Assembly (NCBI GenBank): GCA_013139905.1 | Contig: WSZW01000184.1 | Location: forward strand, 1 to 16,744 | Reading direction: 5' to 3' | DNA from: an archaeon | GTDB lineage: Archaea; EX4484-52; B79-G9 | Length of the DNA stretch: 16,744 bases | In this document: positions 12,895 to 16,744 of the stretch, piece by piece | Numbering within the stretch: the stretch's first letter is position 1 | How the letters are laid out: each line of letters begins with the position of its first letter | Position numbers and translations under genes: made by a program | Notes under the pieces: generated by a model | Databases searched by the model: none | Told to the model about the DNA's origin: nothing | Seen by the model: only the letters and a program-made list of their open reading frames with translations

Positions 12895-14094
12895 ATGGAC
12901 GAAAAAAAACAAACTATTTATGAAAAAGCTTTAGATGCTCATAAAAAAACAAAAGGTAAAATTGCAATTTTAGCAAAAATGCCTGCAAAAACAAGCGAAG
13001 ATTTATCCATTGCATACACTCCCGGTGTTGCAGAACCTTGTCGTCAAATATACAAAAACAAAGAAAGCGTTTATGATTACACATCAAAAGGAAATCTTAT
13101 AGCTGTCGTCTCTGACGGTTCGGCAGTACTCGGTCTTGGTAATATTGGTCCAAAAGCCGCTATGCCTGTAATGGAAGGAAAAGCAATTCTTTTCAAAGAA
13201 TTTGGCGATATTGACGCATTTCCAATATGTTTAGATACACAAAATACCGACGAAATAATAAAAACAATCAAAAATATAGCACCAACATTTGGCGGAATAA
13301 ATCTGGAAGATATTTCAGCACCCCGTTGTTTTGAGATTGAAAAAAAATTAAAAGAAGAATTGGATATTCCCGTATTTCATGATGATCAGCATGGCACTGC
13401 AATAGTTGTTTTAGCAGCCATTATAAATGCATTAAAAGTCGTAAAAAAAGACAAAAATGATGTCTCTGTTGTAATTTCCGGTGCAGGAGCTGCCGGAATG
13501 GCAATTGCAAAAATAATACATACTTATGGTGTTAAAGACATAATTATTTGTGATACAAAAGGTGCAATCTATAATGGACGCAAAGAAAACATGAATGCTT
13601 ACAAAATAGAAATTGCAAAACAAACAAACAAAGAAAATAAAACTGGAAATCTTGAAGATGTTATAGTGGGCGCAGACATATTTATCGGCGTTTCAAAACC
13701 AAAAGTAATGACTGAAAATATGGTATCTTCAATGAATAAAGACGCAATTGTTCTTGCAATGTCAAACCCTGAACCGGAAATCATGCCTGATTTAGCAAAA
13801 AATGCAGGCGCTAAAATTGTAGGAACCGGAAGGTCTGATTTTCCAAATCAGGTAAATAACGTTTTAGCATTTCCCGGGATTTTTAGAGGCGCTCTTGACG
13901 TTCGCGCAAGTGATATAACAAAAGAAATGAATTTAGCCGCCGCAAATGCAATCGCAAGTTTAATTGATGATGAAAAATTATCTAAAGACAATATACTACC
14001 ACTAGCAACAGACTTTAAAGTTGCCAAAAAAGTAGCCTCTGCAGTATCTAATGCAGCAATTGCTTGCGGGGTTGCAAGAATAACTAAACAATAA
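12895..14094 (+). CDS. NAD(P)-dependent malic enzyme (small prokaryotic type, oxaloacetate-decarboxylating malate dehydrogenase)
   Basis: Motifs: LSIAYTPGVAEPC, AVVSDGSAVLGLGNIGPKAAMPVMEGKAILFKEF, FGGINLEDISAPRCFEIE, VFHDDQHGTAIV, the dinucleotide site VISGAGAAGMAIAKI, and LAMSNPEPEI...NNVLAFPGIFRGALD. An AGGTG Shine-Dalgarno lies 5 nt upstream. Confidence 0.9.
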   Translation: MDEKKQTIYEKALDAHKKTKGKIAILAKMPAKTSEDLSIAYTPGVAEPCRQIYKNKESVYDYTSKGNLIAVVSDGSAVLGLGNIGPKAAMPVMEGKAILFKEFGDIDAFPICLDTQNTDEIIKTIKNIAPTFGGINLEDISAPRCFEIEKKLKEELDIPVFHDDQHGTAIVVLAAIINALKVVKKDKNDVSVVISGAGAAGMAIAKIIHTYGVKDIIICDTKGAIYNGRKENMNAYKIEIAKQTNKENKTGNLEDVIVGADIFIGVSKPKVMTENMVSSMNKDAIVLAMSNPEPEIMPDLAKNAGAKIVGTGRSDFPNQVNNVLAFPGIFRGALDVRASDITKEMNLAAANAIASLIDDEKLSKDNILPLATDFKVAKKVASAVSNAAIACGVARITKQ

Positions 14095-14142
14095 TTATTT
14101 TATTAAGTTAAACAGTAAATATTAATAACGACGTGAACTGAT

Positions 14143-14667
14143 ATGATTTTAGAACAAATATTAACTTCTTTATGGTTTATATTGCCTGCATATTTTGCAA
14201 ACGCGGCACCGGTATTTGTAAAAATAATAACAAAACCACACCCATTAGATCGCGGAAAATTATTTTTTGATAAAAAACCAATATTAGGCAAAGGAAAAAC
14301 AATAGAGGGTTTTTTGTTTGCCGTAATAATTGGTATTGTGGTTGGTTTCATTCAATCAAATTTTAATCATTTAATTCCTACTGCAGAAATAAAAATGACT
14401 GTTACTTTGGCGTTTATTTTGGCTTTCGGTGCAATGTTTGGTGATATTTTTGCAAGTTTTTTAAAACGCCGTGCAGGTTTTAAACGCGGAGAATCTGTAT
14501 TTCTTTTAGATCAACTTGATTTTGTAATTATGGCATTATTATTTGCAACCGTTGTAGTATCGCCACCACTTTATGTGTGGGTAATTTTAATGATAATAAC
14601 GCCATTAGCGAATTTATTGTCTAATGTTTTGGCTTATGTATTAAAACTAAAGGATGTATGGTGGTAA
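14143..14667 (+). CDS. carS: CDP-archaeol synthase (CarS, DUF46 family)
   Basis: WFILPAYFANAAPVF...LDRGK.FFDKKPILGKGKTIEGFL...FGDIFASFLKRRAGFKRGESVFLLDQLDF is the typical CarS pattern. The product is a 174-aa polytopic membrane protein. Confidence 0.85.
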   Translation: MILEQILTSLWFILPAYFANAAPVFVKIITKPHPLDRGKLFFDKKPILGKGKTIEGFLFAVIIGIVVGFIQSNFNHLIPTAEIKMTVTLAFILAFGAMFGDIFASFLKRRAGFKRGESVFLLDQLDFVIMALLFATVVVSPPLYVWVILMIITPLANLLSNVLAYVLKLKDVWW

Positions 14668-15242
14668 TTATATTAAAACAAATAGAAAACCGACATCCAA
14701 AAATAAGACGCAAGCTTTTAGCCCCATTTATAATTAACATTAATCCAAATAAAGTTACTTTTATAGCTTTAGTTTGCGCATTTTTATCCGGGTATTTTTT
14801 CTATACTGATTATCTTGTTTTAGCCGCAATATTTTTAGCATTGAATGGTTTTTTAGATGTGCTTGATGGTGAAATTGCAAAAAAAGGAAAGCCTACAAAA
14901 AGAGGCGATTTTTTAGATCATTCTTTTGATAGAATTTCAGATACTGCAATTTTTGTAGGTCTTGCATACAATCCTGTAATGCCTACCGAATTAACGTTAA
15001 TGACGCTTATTTGTGTTCTTCTTGTATCATATCTTGGAACTCAGGCACAGGCACTTACCGATAAACGAATGTATGGTGGTGTTATGGGTCGGGCAGAACG
15101 CGGAATAATTTTATTTGCCGCAGCAATTACAACGTATTTATTCATGGAAGTATTAGTATATTCATTATATCTTATAGTGATATTATCTGTAATAACCTTT
15201 TTACAGCGTTTTTACTCGCTTTACCGCGATCTTAAAGATTAA
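14658..15242 (+). CDS. CDP-alcohol phosphatidyltransferase family protein (archaetidyl head-group transferase; the acceptor alcohol cannot be determined)
   Basis: The DVLDGEIAKKGKPTKRGDFLDHSFDRISD region fits D-x2-D-G-x2-A-(R/K)...G-x3-D-x3-D. The product is polytopic and 194 aa. The start overlaps the carS stop by 10 nt (ATGGTGGTAA). Confidence 0.8.
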   Translation: MVVIILKQIENRHPKIRRKLLAPFIININPNKVTFIALVCAFLSGYFFYTDYLVLAAIFLALNGFLDVLDGEIAKKGKPTKRGDFLDHSFDRISDTAIFVGLAYNPVMPTELTLMTLICVLLVSYLGTQAQALTDKRMYGGVMGRAERGIILFAAAITTYLFMEVLVYSLYLIVILSVITFLQRFYSLYRDLKD

Positions 15243-15257
15243 TTATAATTATTTTTA

Positions 15258-15905
15258 TTATTTTAAAAATCGTTTAATCGTACAATAAATAAATGAATAA
15301 ATGCTCGTATTTTTAACAAGACGTGGTCTTGTTTTTCCTAATTTAATTGCATTAATTATGCTTTTTTCAGTTTTTTCGTTTGCATCAATTTCGGTATATG
15401 CATTTCCAATTTCGCGTAAACTATGAGCATCCGAACCGCCTGTCTGAGAAATATTTAATTTTTTAGCCATTTTTTCGGCTTTTTTATTCATCAATAATGA
15501 TCGCGCGTTTGTCGTTTCAATAGCATCAAACCCAACTTTCAAGAATTGATACATTTTTGTCCTGTGAGATATTTCCGGGTATGGGTGCGCCGCAACAGCA
15601 ATACCGTCTTGTTTATGTATTTCATTAATTGTTTCTTTCACACTCATCCCTTTTTTGATAACATCCGTTACTCCGTATGCAAGTATGTCTCCGGATTTAC
15701 TTTTAATTTCACAACCACTAATAACTATAATATTTTGTTTTGCACCTTCTTTTTTGGCATCTAAAAGACCATCAACGGTGTTGTGATCTGTAAGTGCAAT
15801 CCCGTCAAGACCCTTTCGTTTAGCTTCAAGAATTATATTTTGTATTGTTTCAAAACCATCTTTAGAATAATGTGAGTGTACATGCAAATCAAGTTTAAGT
15901 TTCAT
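15258..15905 (-). CDS. PHP-domain metal-dependent phosphoesterase
   Basis: The N-terminal DLHVHSHYSKDG, GIALTDHNTVDG, ...AAHPY... and GGSDAHS supply the His/Asp metal-ligand set of the PHP fold. The product is 215 aa. Confidence 0.8.
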   Translation of the reverse strand: MKLKLDLHVHSHYSKDGFETIQNIILEAKRKGLDGIALTDHNTVDGLLDAKKEGAKQNIIVISGCEIKSKSGDILAYGVTDVIKKGMSVKETINEIHKQDGIAVAAHPYPEISHRTKMYQFLKVGFDAIETTNARSLLMNKKAEKMAKKLNISQTGGSDAHSLREIGNAYTEIDANEKTEKSIINAIKLGKTRPRLVKNTSIYSFIYCTIKRFLK

Positions 15906-15924
15906 GAATTTCTATTGTTCAAAC

Positions 15925-15934
15925 ATATATATAA
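15925..15934. promoter_or_regulatory. Putative palindromic bidirectional TATA element (ATATATATAA) in the 50-bp PHP/DUF63 spacer
   Basis: It is centred about 24-25 nt from the minus-strand ATG (15905) and about 26-27 nt from the plus-strand ATG (15956). Neither start has a Shine-Dalgarno, which suggests two leaderless transcripts from one element. Confidence 0.45.
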
Positions 15935-15955
15935 CTTATCGGCAAATAGTCGTGT

Positions 15956-16744
15956 ATGAAACAATGGCTTTTAGATGAGTTTTGGTATCCATTATTTATG
16001 GATGGTTCCTATACAACTGGTGAAACATTAATCTATGCTGCAATATTTATATTTTTCGTATTTTTAGCATTTAAGATATTTAAAAAACTAGACGTAAAAT
16101 TTAACAAAAGTTTCTATTTGGGCTGGACTTTATGGATAGTTGCAATGGCGTCCGTTCGTGTTTTAGAAGATTATAGTATATTAACATCAAGATTGTTCAT
16201 AACACCATATATAGATTTTATTTTCGGCGGAACGGCCATTAGTTTAATTGTATTATTCAAGTATTTAGACAAAAAAAAGATAGTTTCATTTAATCGTGCA
16301 TGGATAGCATCACCATTAATTATATTAATCCCTGCACTGGCATATATTCCATTTAGAAATTTTAATGGCGTATTGATTGTTTTTGGTCTTGTCATAGTTT
16401 CCCATGTCGTGCTTGAACTTATTGGAAAAAACAAAAAACTTCAAACCTTATTGTCAAAAGAAAACAAAACAATCCTTTTATCGCATCTTTTAGATGCAAG
16501 CGCAACATTTACCGCCATTGCGTTTTTCGGCGCATATGAAAAACACGTACTTCCTTCATTTTTAATTAATATTTTTGGTCCTTGGATAATGTTCCCGTTA
16601 AAATTAATCGTTGTCGGTTTCGTATTATATTATCTTGACAAAGAACAAACAGACGCATATGAAACAAAATACATCAAACTTTTCATATTTTCGCTAGGAA
16701 TAGGAACGGGATTAAGAGGCATATTACAAATTTTGGGATATTAA
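15956..16744 (+). CDS. Polytopic membrane protein, probably the DUF63 family (archaeal, function unknown)
   Basis: The 262-aa product has about 7-8 hydrophobic segments. The N-terminus (LLDEFWYPLF...GYTTGETLIYAAIFIFFVFLAFKIF) resembles my recollection of DUF63 proteins. The stop TAA is at 16742-16744, so the gene is complete. The family call is from memory only. Confidence 0.5.
   Translation: MKQWLLDEFWYPLFMDGSYTTGETLIYAAIFIFFVFLAFKIFKKLDVKFNKSFYLGWTLWIVAMASVRVLEDYSILTSRLFITPYIDFIFGGTAISLIVLFKYLDKKKIVSFNRAWIASPLIILIPALAYIPFRNFNGVLIVFGLVIVSHVVLELIGKNKKLQTLLSKENKTILLSHLLDASATFTAIAFFGAYEKHVLPSFLINIFGPWIMFPLKLIVVGFVLYYLDKEQTDAYETKYIKLFIFSLGIGTGLRGILQILGY

Noticed and set aside
11124-16434. Track ORFs 11124-11336, 11895-12167, 13077-13271, 13432-13623, 13599-13784, 14103-14351 and 16171-16434 (-), and 15546-15764 (+)
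   Set aside because: They are shadow ORFs antisense to the GDH, malic enzyme, carS, PHP and DUF63 genes, and none has a recognisable domain.
1-16744. Search for tRNA/rRNA genes, CRISPR arrays, transposase/integrase genes, terminal inverted repeats, prophage or defence-island signatures
   Set aside because: There are no GC-rich structured intergenic segments of tRNA size and no regularly spaced direct repeats. No recombinase-like, nuclease/helicase or toxin-antitoxin-like ORFs were seen. The gene content is housekeeping or regulatory, and composition looks uniform by eye.

Overview
This is an AT-rich, tightly packed archaeal chromosomal segment. The archaeal hallmarks are a Nog1-type GTPase, Taw3, the ADP-forming acetyl-CoA synthetase beta subunit, CDP-archaeol synthase and a DUF63 membrane protein. 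Short proteins, Asn runs and small intergenic gaps suggest a small-genome, possibly DPANN-like archaeon; that is inference only. I support 23 protein-coding genes, including one partial SPFH/stomatin gene at the left edge that is missing from the ORF track. I found no rRNA, tRNA, CRISPR array, transposase or integrase. Layout: stomatin (-) and nog1 (+) diverge across an unusually long 354-bp spacer that carries a repeated (CTAAA)n motif. Next come an Lrp/AsnC-like regulator, taw3 with the ACD beta subunit (-), a small wHTH gene with a ThiS/MoaD-type ubiquitin-like gene ending in Gly-Gly, a covalently duplicated Lrp/AsnC regulator, an orphan 125-aa ORF and a Kef-type CPA2 antiporter with an RCK domain. 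A Cys-bearing wHTH regulator plus a small HExxH zincin (-) then sit back-to-back with a ten-gene co-directional array (8966-15242, +). That array encodes thioredoxin, a CoA-binding protein, an unknown membrane protein, NADPH-type thioredoxin reductase, a short glutamate-type dehydrogenase, NAD kinase, malic enzyme, CDP-archaeol synthase and a CDP-alcohol phosphatidyltransferase. The window ends with a divergent pair, a PHP phosphoesterase and DUF63. The best candidates for something undescribed are three: the wHTH/zincin pair facing the redox array, the NADP(H) make-reduce-spend gene array with embedded unknown genes, and the wHTH plus Gly-Gly ubiquitin-like pair. Several ORF-track starts are TTG or GTG extensions; I give the downstream ATG wherever a Shine-Dalgarno or TATA signal supports it. 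All family assignments come from reading motifs by eye, and no database search was run.
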